Below, one piece after another: positions 7,442 to 22,758 of a stretch of 32,000 nucleotides of DNA. Made by a program: the position numbers and the translations under genes. Each line of letters begins with the position of its first letter. The stretch's first letter is position 1. The stretch lies in the NCBI RefSeq assembly GCF_900199515.1, contig NZ_LT963433.1, forward strand, positions 150,001 through 182,000. Reading direction: 5' to 3'. Under the pieces are notes generated by a model, which was given only the letters and a program-made list of their open reading frames with translations, had not been told where the DNA came from and made no database searches. The stretch comes from Massilicoli timonensis (GTDB lineage Bacteria > Bacillota_I > Bacilli_A > Erysipelotrichales > Erysipelotrichaceae).

Positions 7442-8776
7442 TTACTTCTGTACTTTTGACATCAAGACTACGCACTCGACGTGATAACTCCACCCAAACA
7501 TATCAACCGGCTGCACCCGCACACATTCATACCCCCGCTCCTCCAAATAACGCACATCCCGCGCAAGCGTCGCCGGATCACACGACACATACACGATCCG
7601 CTTCGGCTCCATCTGCAAGATCGAAGCAAGCGTCAATTCATCACACCCCTTACGCGGCGGATCCACCACGACCACATCCACCTTCTTCCCCCTTTCCGCC
7701 AAAACCGCCGCATACTGCGCCGCATCACTGCATATAAAGTCCACATGATCTATCCCATTTCGCCGCGCATTTTCCTTGGCATTCCTAATCGCATCCCCCA
7801 CGATCTCAATTCCCGTTACATGCTTGGCATGCTGCGCCAAAAACAGTGAAATCGTCCCAACCCCGCAATATAGATCCAATACCTCCTCGCTGCCGCTCAA
7901 CTGCGCAAATGCGAGCGCCTGCTCATACAGCACCTTCGTCTGCACCGGATTCACCTGATAAAACGACTTTGCCGAGATCCCAAACTCAATACCGCCCAGC
8001 ATATCATAGATCATCTGCTCCCCATAAAGCAAAAATTCCTCTTCCCCCAAAATCACATTATCCTTTCGCTGATTCACATTCAGCACAATGCTCTTCACCA
8101 TCGGCAGCTTCCCTACTACCCAATCACACAGTTCCTGCATCTGCGAAAATACACGCTCCCGCACGATCCACACTAACATCACCGTATCATTCGCAAACGC
8201 ATGCTTCACTAACAAATGCCGAAAATAAGCCGCACAGCCAAAGCGCCGCAGCCCTTCCTTCATCACCGCAACACAAGTATTGATCAAATCACTTTGAATC
8301 GGGCAAACCTCCATATCAATGATATCATGACTGTTCATCCGATAAAAACCACATACCACTTCCCCATATGCGTCCACCCCGACCGGAATCTGCCCTTTAT
8401 TGCGATAGCCGTAAGGAGAATCCATTGCCAAGATCGGCTCCACCTTTGCCTCACAATTCCCGATCCGCCGCAGTGCATGCGCCACCTTCTGCTGCTTGAA
8501 ATAAGCCTGCTCTTTCAACGACATATGCTGCAGCTGACAACCGCCGCACCACTGATAGATCTTACAAAAAGGTTTCTGCCGTTCTCCGCTCTCCTCTAAA
8601 AGCTCCACGATCTTCGCAAACCCATATCCCTTTTTGACCTTCATGACCAGAAGCCGAGCCCTTTCCCCGCGCAAAAGCCCCTTCACAAAAAGCGGAAAGC
8701 CGTCAACCTTGGCAACCCCCAGTCCTTCATTTGTATAATCTTCACAAACACCGACCACAATTTCATTTTTCTTCAT
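7442..8776 (-). CDS. rlmD: 23S rRNA (uracil-C5)-methyltransferase, RumA/RlmD family (TRAM domain + 4Fe-4S Cys cluster + SAM MTase)
   Basis: 444 aa. The N-terminal TRAM-like region is GLGVAKVDGFPLFVKGLLRGERA. The Cys cluster is CKIYQWCGGCQLQH. The SAM motif is VLDLYCGVGTISL, and the catalytic C-terminal motif is VVVDPPRKG...YVSCDP. Confidence 0.9.
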   Translation of the reverse strand: MKKNEIVVGVCEDYTNEGLGVAKVDGFPLFVKGLLRGERARLLVMKVKKGYGFAKIVELLEESGERQKPFCKIYQWCGGCQLQHMSLKEQAYFKQQKVAHALRRIGNCEAKVEPILAMDSPYGYRNKGQIPVGVDAYGEVVCGFYRMNSHDIIDMEVCPIQSDLINTCVAVMKEGLRRFGCAAYFRHLLVKHAFANDTVMLVWIVRERVFSQMQELCDWVVGKLPMVKSIVLNVNQRKDNVILGEEEFLLYGEQMIYDMLGGIEFGISAKSFYQVNPVQTKVLYEQALAFAQLSGSEEVLDLYCGVGTISLFLAQHAKHVTGIEIVGDAIRNAKENARRNGIDHVDFICSDAAQYAAVLAERGKKVDVVVVDPPRKGCDELTLASILQMEPKRIVYVSCDPATLARDVRYLEERGYECVRVQPVDMFGWSYHVECVVLMSKVQK

Positions 8777-8823
8777 ACATATCCCTGCTCTTTCGATAGA
8801 AAAAGGGCAAACTGCCCTCTTGT

Positions 8824-9465
8824 TTATTGATTTTGCGCATCCTCAGTCGTTTCTTCCGGTTCCGTTTTCGGATTCAACAGCGGATCTGCCACTTCCGGAT
8901 TTTTCGCTTCGCTCAGCAGTTCCAAAAGCGGTTCCTCTTCCGCCGCATTTTTCGACTTCAGATAATAGATCTGCGCCGTGCTTGTCTCCCCATCCGGAAT
9001 CACATTATAGACATGGATTTCCAGATCATACATGATCTTCTGCTTCTGATTAGTAAAATAAGTATCGATCGGAAGCACATTCGCAACCTGTCCATATGCG
9101 CTTTCCGCCATGGTCGCGATCGCTTCTTTGCTTAGATCATCATTGGTATCGATCAAAATGCGCAGTGTTGCCTGCCGCAAGTTCACACTGACCGATTCCA
9201 CCGTATCGCTCTTCAGCGCCGTTTCGATCTCTTTTAATTCCTCATCTTTGATCGCCGGATCCAGATCGCCCTTAAAACGATCCGCCGTTACCGGCTCATG
9301 CTGATTCCCCGTCGAATCCAAAATGATATATCCTAAAATCAAACACGGGATCAAAAATACGATGAGCGCAATCCACAAAATGATATTGCTCTTGCGATTC
9401 TTTTTTCCTTTTCCCGTTCCTGATTTTCCCGGTGCTGAATGATTACTTTTTTCCTTCTTAGCCAA
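8824..9465 (-). CDS. Hypothetical single-pass membrane protein (basic N-terminus, one TM helix, acidic extracytoplasmic domain)
   Basis: The ORF-track start TTG 9483 is unlikely. AGGAG (9474-9478) lies 8 nt before an in-frame TTG at 9465. The TM segment is ILWIALIVFLIPCLILGYIIL. I recognise no family. Confidence 0.55.
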   Translation of the reverse strand: MAKKEKSNHSAPGKSGTGKGKKNRKSNIILWIALIVFLIPCLILGYIILDSTGNQHEPVTADRFKGDLDPAIKDEELKEIETALKSDTVESVSVNLRQATLRILIDTNDDLSKEAIATMAESAYGQVANVLPIDTYFTNQKQKIMYDLEIHVYNVIPDGETSTAQIYYLKSKNAAEEEPLLELLSEAKNPEVADPLLNPKTEPEETTEDAQNQ

Positions 9466-9522
9466 GATTATCACTCCTAACAATACCTATTGTACTAGAA
9501 AAATGCCCGTTTGACCATCTTT

Positions 9523-10947
9523 TTATCGTTTTTTCAGTTCTTCTTGTATCAGTTGATTGGTCATGGCCGGATTCGCCTGTCCCCGACTTGCTTTCATGAC
9601 CTGTCCAACCAAATAGCCAACAGCGCGATCCTTTCCGTTCTTAAAGTCCTCGATCGACTGTGGATTTTGATCCAGCACCGTTTGGATCAGCGATAACAAT
9701 GCGCCGGCATCGCTCATCTGCTTCATGCCCTTTTCCTCTACGACCTGCTTCGGATCCTTTCCTTTGATGATTTCCTCAAAGACGATCTTCGCCTGCTTCC
9801 CGGAAATTTCACCGTTTTTGATCATCAGGATCATTTCACCCAAATAGTCCGCCCGGCATGGATTTTGTGCCATCGTCAGATTTTCCTTATTTAAGACCGC
9901 CAATAATTCCGTCAATACCCAGTTCGCATTCAGTTTATATTCCTTGCTGTACGTGCATACTTCATCATAAAACTCGGAAACTTCTTTGCTGGCAACCAAC
10001 TGATTTGCGTCTTTTTCACTCAGACCGCATACTTCCATATAGCGTTTCTTGCGCGCATCCGGCAATTCACCCAAATGCTCCTGAATCGAACGGATCCACG
10101 CTTCCTCTAATTGAATCGGAAAAATATTCGGCTCCGGGAAGTATTTATAATCAATGCTGCCCTCTTTCTTTCGCATCATTACCGTTTTTCTGCTCGCTTC
10201 ATCATAGCGCAGCGTTGCCTGCTCTACTACGCCTCCATGCAGGATGAGATCACTTTGTCTTGCGACTTCCGCCTCGATCGCCTTTTGCACGTTGGAAATA
10301 GAATTTAAGTTCTTGATTTCCACTTTGACACCATAACCCTCATAACCATGCGGTCTGATCGAAACATTGACATCACAGCGCATCGATCCTTCTTCCATAC
10401 GCACATCGCTTACCCCAAGATAATACAGCAGCGTTCTCAGTTTTTCCACATAGGCGGCTGCCTCTTTCCCATTTCGCATATCCGCTTCACTTACGATCTC
10501 AATGAGCGGTGTACCGGCACGATTAAAGTCAATCAAAGTGCCGCTGGCATAATGAAACTGCTTCGCTGTATCCTCTTCCATATGAATGCGGTTGATTCGT
10601 ACCTTTTTCGGACCGTTTTCCGTATCGATCTCCACATAGCCGTTGCTGCCGATCGGATGAAACTGCTGGGTGATCTGAAAGCCCTTCGGCAGATCCGAAT
10701 AATAATAGTTTTTGCGGTCAAACGTAATCAGCGGGTCGATTTCACAATGCGTCGCTGTACAAGCGCGAATCGCTAACTCCACCGCCTTTTCATTGACTGC
10801 CGGCAAACAACCCGGATGTCCTAAGTCGATCTCATTCACACAACTGTTCGCTTCTTTCCCAAAAGAAACCGGCGCCCCGGAAAACATCTTGGTTGCGGTT
10901 TTTAATTCGCAGTGAATTTCAATTCCGATCACTGTTTCAAAGCTCAT
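9523..10947 (-). CDS. gatB: Asp/Glu-tRNA amidotransferase subunit B
   Basis: 474 aa. The start FETVIGIEIHCEL...GHPGCLP and the C-terminal GatB/YqeY domain are classic GatB. A 4-nt ATGA overlap joins it to gatA. Confidence 0.97.
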   Translation of the reverse strand: MSFETVIGIEIHCELKTATKMFSGAPVSFGKEANSCVNEIDLGHPGCLPAVNEKAVELAIRACTATHCEIDPLITFDRKNYYYSDLPKGFQITQQFHPIGSNGYVEIDTENGPKKVRINRIHMEEDTAKQFHYASGTLIDFNRAGTPLIEIVSEADMRNGKEAAAYVEKLRTLLYYLGVSDVRMEEGSMRCDVNVSIRPHGYEGYGVKVEIKNLNSISNVQKAIEAEVARQSDLILHGGVVEQATLRYDEASRKTVMMRKKEGSIDYKYFPEPNIFPIQLEEAWIRSIQEHLGELPDARKKRYMEVCGLSEKDANQLVASKEVSEFYDEVCTYSKEYKLNANWVLTELLAVLNKENLTMAQNPCRADYLGEMILMIKNGEISGKQAKIVFEEIIKGKDPKQVVEEKGMKQMSDAGALLSLIQTVLDQNPQSIEDFKNGKDRAVGYLVGQVMKASRGQANPAMTNQLIQEELKKR

Positions 10948-12365
10948 GCTTTCACCTCCACACAGTTTCCGACCATGCCGCTTTCTTCTTCGATGGCCTT
11001 GGCCACATTGAACATCGTCTGCTCATCAAACGCTTTGGCGCTGACATTGATGGCGATCGGCAAGCCGTCGATCAAGCCGCTTGGTACGCTCATACTTGGA
11101 AAACCGGAGAAGTTTCCCAACAACATATGATTTTCCGCAATCAGATAAGATGCGGATAACTGCTCATCAACACTTTCATTCGGATAGGGCGCTGTTGTCG
11201 GCGCCGCAACTGCCAAAACGGCGTCATGCGAAGCAAATAGCTCCCGATACGCATCTACGATCACCCGCCGTACCCGATGTGCTTTCTTTAACAGTTTCTC
11301 CTGATTTTCCACAAACAAAGAATAACTGCCGATCACAAAACGCTTGCGCACTGCGCTGGAAAAGCCTTTGGTGCGGGAATGGATCATAATTTCTTCCAGA
11401 TTGTCGCCCGCTTCCCGAATGCCAAAGCGAATGCCATCCAGGTTAGAATGATTGGCAACCGCCTCCGCATTAGAAATAATATAGTAAGTCGGAAGCAGCG
11501 CCTCCATCAGTTCTTTTTTCAGATAAACGGTTTCCACGATTGCTCCGCGGCTTTCTAATTTCTTTATCATCGCCGTAAACTGTTCTTTGATCCGCGTATC
11601 CTGTATCGCGTCCTGGACGTTGCCTAATACCGCGATCCGCTTTCCATGCAGGTCGCTGTTTAACTGTTCGCTGAAAGCAGGGATATGCGCTGATGAAGAA
11701 GTCATATCCAGATCATCACGGCCCGCCAATACTTCTAATGTTTTAGCGGCGTCATTCACATTCGTATTAAAATAACCGACATGATCCAGTGAAGAAGCAT
11801 AAGGGATGATCCCATAACGGGAAATTCTGCCATAGGTCGGCTTCACGCCAACCACGCCGCAATATGCCGCCGGTTTGCGCACCGAATCGCCGGTATCCGT
11901 ACCAATCGCCATCGGTACCACGCCGGCTGCTACCAAAACCGCACTGCCGCCGGAGCTGCCCCCGGAGATGCGTTCTAGATCATAAGGATTGTTTACCTTG
12001 CCGGTGTAGGCATTCAAGTTGGTTCCTCCCATGCCCAGTTCATCCATGCTCGCCTTGGCAATGCAGATCGCCCCGGCTTCCCGCAGTTTTTTCACGATCG
12101 TTGCATCATATACCGGTACATAGTTATCCAAGATCCGTGATGATGCGGTCGTGCGGATCCCTTTCGTGGATACATTATCCTTCAAGACGATCGGAATGCC
12201 ATACAGCGGCGCATTTTCATCAACATCACGCAAATGTTCCAACTGCGCTTCCACATCGACAAAAGTAACGACCGCATTGAGCGCTTTTTGCAGCCTTTGT
12301 GCATCCGCATAAGCGTTTTTCACATTTTCAGCCGCATCCTGTCTTTGATAATCCGCATACTTCAT
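10944..12365 (-). CDS. gatA: Asp/Glu-tRNA amidotransferase subunit A (amidase family)
   Basis: 473 aa with the amidase signature GGSSGGSAVLVAAG and catalytic-context PIVLKDN. It lies between gatC and gatB and ends in TGA (10944-10946). Confidence 0.97.
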   Translation of the reverse strand: MKYADYQRQDAAENVKNAYADAQRLQKALNAVVTFVDVEAQLEHLRDVDENAPLYGIPIVLKDNVSTKGIRTTASSRILDNYVPVYDATIVKKLREAGAICIAKASMDELGMGGTNLNAYTGKVNNPYDLERISGGSSGGSAVLVAAGVVPMAIGTDTGDSVRKPAAYCGVVGVKPTYGRISRYGIIPYASSLDHVGYFNTNVNDAAKTLEVLAGRDDLDMTSSSAHIPAFSEQLNSDLHGKRIAVLGNVQDAIQDTRIKEQFTAMIKKLESRGAIVETVYLKKELMEALLPTYYIISNAEAVANHSNLDGIRFGIREAGDNLEEIMIHSRTKGFSSAVRKRFVIGSYSLFVENQEKLLKKAHRVRRVIVDAYRELFASHDAVLAVAAPTTAPYPNESVDEQLSASYLIAENHMLLGNFSGFPSMSVPSGLIDGLPIAINVSAKAFDEQTMFNVAKAIEEESGMVGNCVEVKA

Positions 12366-12366
12366 C

Positions 12367-12660
12367 CTACTTCACCACCTTCGGCACTGCAACATGCCCT
12401 TCTTTTACAGAAGCGACATTGCGCAGCGCTTCCTCTTTGGATATAACATGATCGCTCACATCCTTGCGCAGATAATGAGTCGGTGTTTCAAAAGGATAGA
12501 TCATTTCCTCTACACCTTCCGTATCAATTCGATTCAACAGATCCAGCTGTTCCAATAAAGTCGTAAATTCTTCCTTTAATTCCCTGATTTCTTCCTCTGA
12601 CAAATCAAACATGATCTGATTCGCCAGTTTCCGAAAATACGCATCATCAAACTGTTCCAT
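12367..12660 (-). CDS. gatC: Asp/Glu-tRNA amidotransferase subunit C
   Basis: 97 aa with a typical GatC length and pattern (...LLEQLDLLNRIDTEGVE...). Its stop is 1 nt before the gatA start. Confidence 0.92.
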   Translation of the reverse strand: MEQFDDAYFRKLANQIMFDLSEEEIRELKEEFTTLLEQLDLLNRIDTEGVEEMIYPFETPTHYLRKDVSDHVISKEEALRNVASVKEGHVAVPKVVK

Positions 12661-12749
12661 ACGCTTTTCCCTTCATTTCCTTTCTATTTCTTTATTCGTT
12701 CTATATTTTTCTTCTTCACACTGTTAGTTTCCCATGCCCGCTTCCATCA

Positions 12750-18116
<5,367 letters not shown>

Positions 18117-18266
18117 CACCTCATTCTCATAATCCATATTATTATACAATAAAATGCTGTTTCCCACTATACCAAATACACGAAACATCATGTGAAATCG
18201 AAACTTCCCGGCCTTTTCTAAATAGACAATTATTCATTTTATGCTATAATTTGAAACGGTGATCTT

Positions 18267-19376
18267 ATGAGAAAAATAATCTTGTCATTCACAGTGCTGC
18301 TCGGACTGTTTGCCCTAAACGGCTGCGCATCACAAAATGAAACAAAACGTTATTCCCGCACGACTTTGTCAGCGGGCTTTGATACGGCAATTACGCTTCA
18401 TGCCTATTGTGAGAGCCAAAGTGAATTTGATGAATACTTCGCTTTAGCAGAAAAGACCTTTCTGCATTATAACCGCTTATTTGACAACTATCATACCTAT
18501 GAAGGCGTCAATAATGTCAAAACGATCAATGATCATGCCGGAAAAGAAGCGATCAGCGTCGATGCGGAATTATTTGATCTGATCGTTTTGGCAAAGGAAT
18601 ATGCCCGGTTAAGCGATCAGCGTTTTGATATCAGCTATGGAGCGGTCTTGTCGCTTTGGCATGATGCCAGAGAAGCAGCTTTGGCTGATCCTGAAAACGC
18701 GCAGCTGCCTGATCAAGAAGAATTGGAAACAGCACGCGCCTATACCGGCTTTGCTTATGTAGAATTAGAGGAAAGCAGTCATCAGGTTTACTTAAATGAT
18801 CCCCATGCTTCTCTTGACTTAGGCGGCATTGCCAAAGGCTATGCGGCACAGAAATGTGCCGAAGCATTAAAAGAAGCCGGTTTGAAAAGCGGGATCGTCG
18901 ATGCCGGCGGCAATGTCAAACTGATCGGCACGAAACCTGAAGGCGACTGGAATGTCGGGATCCAAATTCCCGATCCTGCCGCGCAAAGCAGCACTTCCTT
19001 ATTGCAGGTAGCCTTGCCAAAAGAAACCTCGCTTGTTACCAGCGGCGATTATCAGCGCTATTTTGAAGTAGATGGTGTTCGTTATCATCACATCATCGAT
19101 CCTGCTACCGCTATGCCTGCCACCTATGCCCGCAGCGTAACCGTAATCTGTGAAGATTCCACGATTGCCGATATTTTATCGACCACGCTGTTTACGATGT
19201 CTTATGAAGAAGGACTGGCATTGATCGAAAACCTGAAAGCGCAAGGCATCCAAGCAGAGGCAATTTGGGTATATGATGATACCTGCAAGGCACCGAGCGA
19301 AGCAGATCGTAAAAAAAGCGGTGATTATGAAATCATCGCCACTTCGCAAATACAAAAACAGATTACTTATCAATAA
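18267..19376 (+). CDS. apbE: FAD:protein FMN transferase (ApbE family) lipoprotein
   Basis: 369 aa with lipobox LNGCAS. ApbE hallmarks are present: DISYGAV..., LDLGGIAKGYA, GDYQRYFEVDGVRYHHIIDP. Confidence 0.85.
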   Translation: MRKIILSFTVLLGLFALNGCASQNETKRYSRTTLSAGFDTAITLHAYCESQSEFDEYFALAEKTFLHYNRLFDNYHTYEGVNNVKTINDHAGKEAISVDAELFDLIVLAKEYARLSDQRFDISYGAVLSLWHDAREAALADPENAQLPDQEELETARAYTGFAYVELEESSHQVYLNDPHASLDLGGIAKGYAAQKCAEALKEAGLKSGIVDAGGNVKLIGTKPEGDWNVGIQIPDPAAQSSTSLLQVALPKETSLVTSGDYQRYFEVDGVRYHHIIDPATAMPATYARSVTVICEDSTIADILSTTLFTMSYEEGLALIENLKAQGIQAEAIWVYDDTCKAPSEADRKKSGDYEIIATSQIQKQITYQ

Positions 19377-19383
19377 AGCAATC

Positions 19384-19421
19384 AAAAACAACATGTACGT
19401 TTTACCGGCATGTTGTTTTTT
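19384..19421. terminator. Bidirectional rho-independent terminator between convergent apbE and the GNAT gene
   Basis: A perfect 12-bp stem AAAAACAACATG (19384-19395) / CATGTTGTTTTT (19409-19420) with a 13-nt loop. A-run and T-run flanks make it usable on both strands. Confidence 0.7.
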
Positions 19422-19441
19422 GTTTTTCATCTTATATGAGC

Positions 19442-19945
19442 TTATAACGGCAGTTCATACGCATTGCGCTTGGTTCCATCTCCCACAACAACGACGCCGC
19501 AATAACGATAACCGCATTTTTCAATGAAACGGATCATTGCGATATTTTGACAATGCGTATCAATACGCAGACTTTTACAGCCTATGGTTTTGCCTTTTCC
19601 CTTTGCGAATGCCACAAATAAAGCCGCTGCTTGCTGCCCTTTCCATTTTGGCAATACGGCAATGCGATGGATCACTGCATATTTGCCATCACAGATCCAC
19701 GCACCGTCAATCTTGTCATAGTTTGGATCCTGCGTAAATTGAATCGCCGCCGTTGCGATGACCTGATCCGCTTCGATCACGACATAGGCATTTTTCTTTG
19801 CGATATCCGCACAAAGATCTGCTCGTCCCGGATAATGATTGCTTTGCCACTGCGGAATCTGCTTTTCCTTAAAATAAGCACGTGCTGCTTCGATACAGGC
19901 AAGCATGCCCGGCAAGTGATGTTCATCCGCCATTACAAGCCGCAT
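19442..19945 (-). CDS. GNAT-family N-acetyltransferase
   Basis: 167 aa with the acetyl-CoA-binding core IHRIAVLPKWKGQQAAALFVAFA. RBS AGAGGA lies 6 nt before ATG 19945. There is a 13-nt overlap with the upstream aldolase-family gene. Confidence 0.8.
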   Translation of the reverse strand: MRLVMADEHHLPGMLACIEAARAYFKEKQIPQWQSNHYPGRADLCADIAKKNAYVVIEADQVIATAAIQFTQDPNYDKIDGAWICDGKYAVIHRIAVLPKWKGQQAAALFVAFAKGKGKTIGCKSLRIDTHCQNIAMIRFIEKCGYRYCGVVVVGDGTKRNAYELPL

Positions 19946-20982
19946 GCGATTTCCTCTTTGATTCGTTTCAGCTCTTCCAGCAATCCATCAACTGCCTCAA
20001 TCGGTGTTGCCCACGAAGTAACAAAGCGATAATAATCACAGCAGGCATCGATCTTTTCCCAGTGATTGAACGTATAGTTTTGTGATAAGCGTTTGGCTTC
20101 TTCATGAGAAAGCGCCGCAAACACCTGATTGGTCGGTGATTCCAATAACAGCTGACATCCCAATTCTTTCATGCCTTTTTGTAAATGCTGCGCCGTTTCA
20201 TTGGCATGCTTCGCCAACTCCGCATATAACCCATCCTTTAATAAGATCAAAAACTGTACGCCAAGCAGTCGTCCTTTGGCAAGCATACCGCCACGCTGTT
20301 TGATCATATAACGAAAATCTGCCTTTAATGCCTCATTCACAATGACCACCGCTTCTCCAAACAAGGCACCGTTTTTCGTTCCGCCGATATAGAACACATC
20401 GCATAATGCAGCGAGATCCGCAAAACATAGATCATTTCCTTCCGCATTAAGTGCACATCCCAGTCTTGCCCCATCTAAAAACAAGTAGAGATCGTTCTGA
20501 TCGCAAAATTGCCGCAGCGCCTGCAATTCTGCTTTTTTATAAATCGTACCGATTTCCGTAGCATTAGAAATATAAAGCATTTTCGGCTTTACCATATGCT
20601 CGTCAATATGCACATCCAATACGCTCTTAACCGCTTCGACCTCCAATTTCCCATCGTTTCCTTTGACGGCGATGACCTTATGCCCGCACGCTTCGATTGC
20701 ACCAGTTTCATGCACATGGATATGCCCGCTATCTACGGCAATGACCGCCTCATAAGGCCTTAACGCAGCAGCGATGACCGTTAAATTCGTCTGTGTGCCG
20801 CCTACTAAAAAATGTACGTCTGCTTCTTCACACTTTATCAGCTTCTGAATCGTTTTTCTCGCTTCTTCACAATACCCGTCCAGTCCATATCCGCATGTCT
20901 GCACCGCATTGCTTTCGATCAGGGCATCTAACACCTTTGCGGCACATCCCTCGCTGTAATCATTTGCGAAACTGTATTTCAT
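19933..20982 (-). CDS. PLP-dependent threonine aldolase / beta-eliminating lyase family protein
   Basis: Motifs GGTQTNL, DGARL and GGTKNG (PLP lysine) are present. The start is moved to ATG 20982 (MKYSFANDY, RBS AGAGGAGGG upstream) from the ORF-track 21027. Confidence 0.85.
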   Translation of the reverse strand: MKYSFANDYSEGCAAKVLDALIESNAVQTCGYGLDGYCEEARKTIQKLIKCEEADVHFLVGGTQTNLTVIAAALRPYEAVIAVDSGHIHVHETGAIEACGHKVIAVKGNDGKLEVEAVKSVLDVHIDEHMVKPKMLYISNATEIGTIYKKAELQALRQFCDQNDLYLFLDGARLGCALNAEGNDLCFADLAALCDVFYIGGTKNGALFGEAVVIVNEALKADFRYMIKQRGGMLAKGRLLGVQFLILLKDGLYAELAKHANETAQHLQKGMKELGCQLLLESPTNQVFAALSHEEAKRLSQNYTFNHWEKIDACCDYYRFVTSWATPIEAVDGLLEELKRIKEEIACGL

Positions 20983-21198
20983 CCAATCCCTCCTCTTTGA
21001 TTCTTTTATTCTATCGCGTTGCATCACTTTTCACAATGCCAAACTGGATTTCTATCAAAAGAGATGCAAATCAGTTGAATGGTAGGTCTTTATCTTAGCG
21101 CATATTTTCTTTATTTACATTAAAGTTTTTAGCTACTCCTGCTTCCGCAAATAAAAAAGCAGATTCCCTGCCGCAGCAGTTCCTCCGCTTTCTTTCAA

Positions 21199-22743
21199 CT
21201 ATACCAGTCCCATTTTTTCTTCTCTGAATAAACGGGCGTCCATTTCTTTTAAGTTTTCTGATATTGCCGGCATAAATTCCATCTGATCTAAAATATCTTT
21301 CTGTAAATCCACGCCCGGCGCAATTTCCGTAAGTGTTAATTTTCCTTCCAGCAATTCAAACACAGCGCGTTCTGTCACATACATGACCTTTTGTCCGACT
21401 TCATGCGCATACTGAGCAGAGAAGGTGATCTGTTCCACATTTTCCTTGAATTTTTTGATCTTTCCTTCCTGCACGATCGTTAGTTTTCCATCTGCAAAGC
21501 TTTCTTTCAGACCGCTTGCGGTAAAAGTACCACAGTAAACAACGACCGGTGCTGTCTGCGTGATGTTGATGAAACCGCCGCAGCCTGCAATCTTCGGACC
21601 AAAGCGTGATACATTGATATTGCCGTCTTTATCACATTCCGCCAATCCTAAGAAAGCCTGATCAAGACCACCGCCGTCATAAAAGTCAAACTGATATGGC
21701 TGATCGATGATCGCATCCGGGTTGGTACAAGTACCAAAAGCCGTTCCCGCCATCGGCACACCGCCGATACCGCCGGCCTCTACGGTTAATTTCAGGCCCG
21801 GCAGTCCTTCCTCATTGGCAACATTGGCAATGCCTTCCGGCATCCCGATGCCCAAATTGATGATGGCTTTAGGGTCTAATTCCATCGCTGCCCGACGACA
21901 TACGACTTTACGCGGATTTAACGGCATCGGTGCAATACTGTCAACCGGCACCTTTACTTCACCGCTTAATGCCGGATTATAAGGCGCTTCATACGTCTGC
22001 CAGTGATTTTCCGGACGTGATACGACGATACCATCGACATAAATGCCCGGTATCTTTACTTTACGGGGATCAAGCGTACCGTTCTGTACGACTTTCTCCA
22101 CTTGAAGCAATACGATGCCGCCGGAATTTTTAGCAGCCTGCGCAATCGAAAGAGAATCCAGCGTCGCCGCTTCTTTTTCCATTGTCGCATTGCCGTCCTC
22201 ATCACAATACGTGGCACGAATCAAGGCGACATTTAACGGGAACGATTTATAACGCAGCCATTCTTCCCCGTCAATGTGCATCAGTTCTACTAAGTCTTCT
22301 TTCGAGCGTTCATTCATCTTGCCGCCTTCCAAACGCGGATCGACAAACGTCTTTAGACCGACCTTGGTGATAACGCCGGGACGATGTCCGGCAATTTCAC
22401 GAAACAACAGTGAGATCGTTCCCAAAGGAAGATTATAGCCTTCCACTTTATTTTCAAATACCAGTCGCTGCAGTTTCGGGATCAACCCCCAGTGCCCGCC
22501 GATAATACGCTTCAACAGTCCCTCATGACCGAGCTTATTGAGTCCCAAACGATCGGTTCCATCACCGATTCCGGCAGAAAACATGATCGTCAGATCACGC
22601 GGATGCCCGCTTTTCAAAAAGGATTCCTCGATCCCGACTGAAAACTCCTGCGGATGCCCGGAACCGATAAAACCGCCGATGCCGATCTTGTCGCCGTCTT
22701 TGATCATGGATACCGCTTGTTCTAAGCTTATGATTTTACTCAT
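21199..22743 (-). CDS. Family I acyl-CoA:carboxylate CoA-transferase, fused alpha/beta type (propionate CoA-transferase Pct / YdiF family)
   Basis: 514 aa. By my recollection it is colinear with Clostridium propionicum Pct over its full length (GHEGLLKR.IGGHWG, GVITKVGL.TFVDPR, VALIR.TY.DE.GN, DPRKVKIPGIYVD, catalytic-Glu context LTVEAGGIGGVP, GNINVSRFGP.IAGCGGFINITQ). It is the last gene of the bcd cluster. Confidence 0.88.
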   Translation of the reverse strand: MSKIISLEQAVSMIKDGDKIGIGGFIGSGHPQEFSVGIEESFLKSGHPRDLTIMFSAGIGDGTDRLGLNKLGHEGLLKRIIGGHWGLIPKLQRLVFENKVEGYNLPLGTISLLFREIAGHRPGVITKVGLKTFVDPRLEGGKMNERSKEDLVELMHIDGEEWLRYKSFPLNVALIRATYCDEDGNATMEKEAATLDSLSIAQAAKNSGGIVLLQVEKVVQNGTLDPRKVKIPGIYVDGIVVSRPENHWQTYEAPYNPALSGEVKVPVDSIAPMPLNPRKVVCRRAAMELDPKAIINLGIGMPEGIANVANEEGLPGLKLTVEAGGIGGVPMAGTAFGTCTNPDAIIDQPYQFDFYDGGGLDQAFLGLAECDKDGNINVSRFGPKIAGCGGFINITQTAPVVVYCGTFTASGLKESFADGKLTIVQEGKIKKFKENVEQITFSAQYAHEVGQKVMYVTERAVFELLEGKLTLTEIAPGVDLQKDILDQMEFMPAISENLKEMDARLFREEKMGLV

Positions 22744-22758
22744 CCTTTTGCTCCTTTC

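Noticed and set aside
7309-8283. Two plus-strand ORFs (142 aa and 145 aa) with striking P/H/T/A-rich low-complexity sequence
   Set aside because: They are antisense to rlmD, whose TRAM, Fe-S and SAM motifs are all intact. The proline/histidine richness is the expected mirror of a G/V/W/M-codon-rich sense strand.
18117-18191. 25-codon N-terminal extension of pcrA given by the ORF track (MMFRVFGIVGNSILLYNNMDYENEV)
   Set aside because: It contains a TATAAT -10 element (18141-18146) and the GAGGTG RBS for the downstream start. It is also not homologous to PcrA N-termini as I remember them.
19931-19935. TAATG stop/start overlap suggesting the GNAT gene starts at ATG 19933
   Set aside because: ATG 19945 has a properly spaced RBS (AGAGGA plus 6 nt) while 19933 has none. 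The 13-nt overlap model is preferred.
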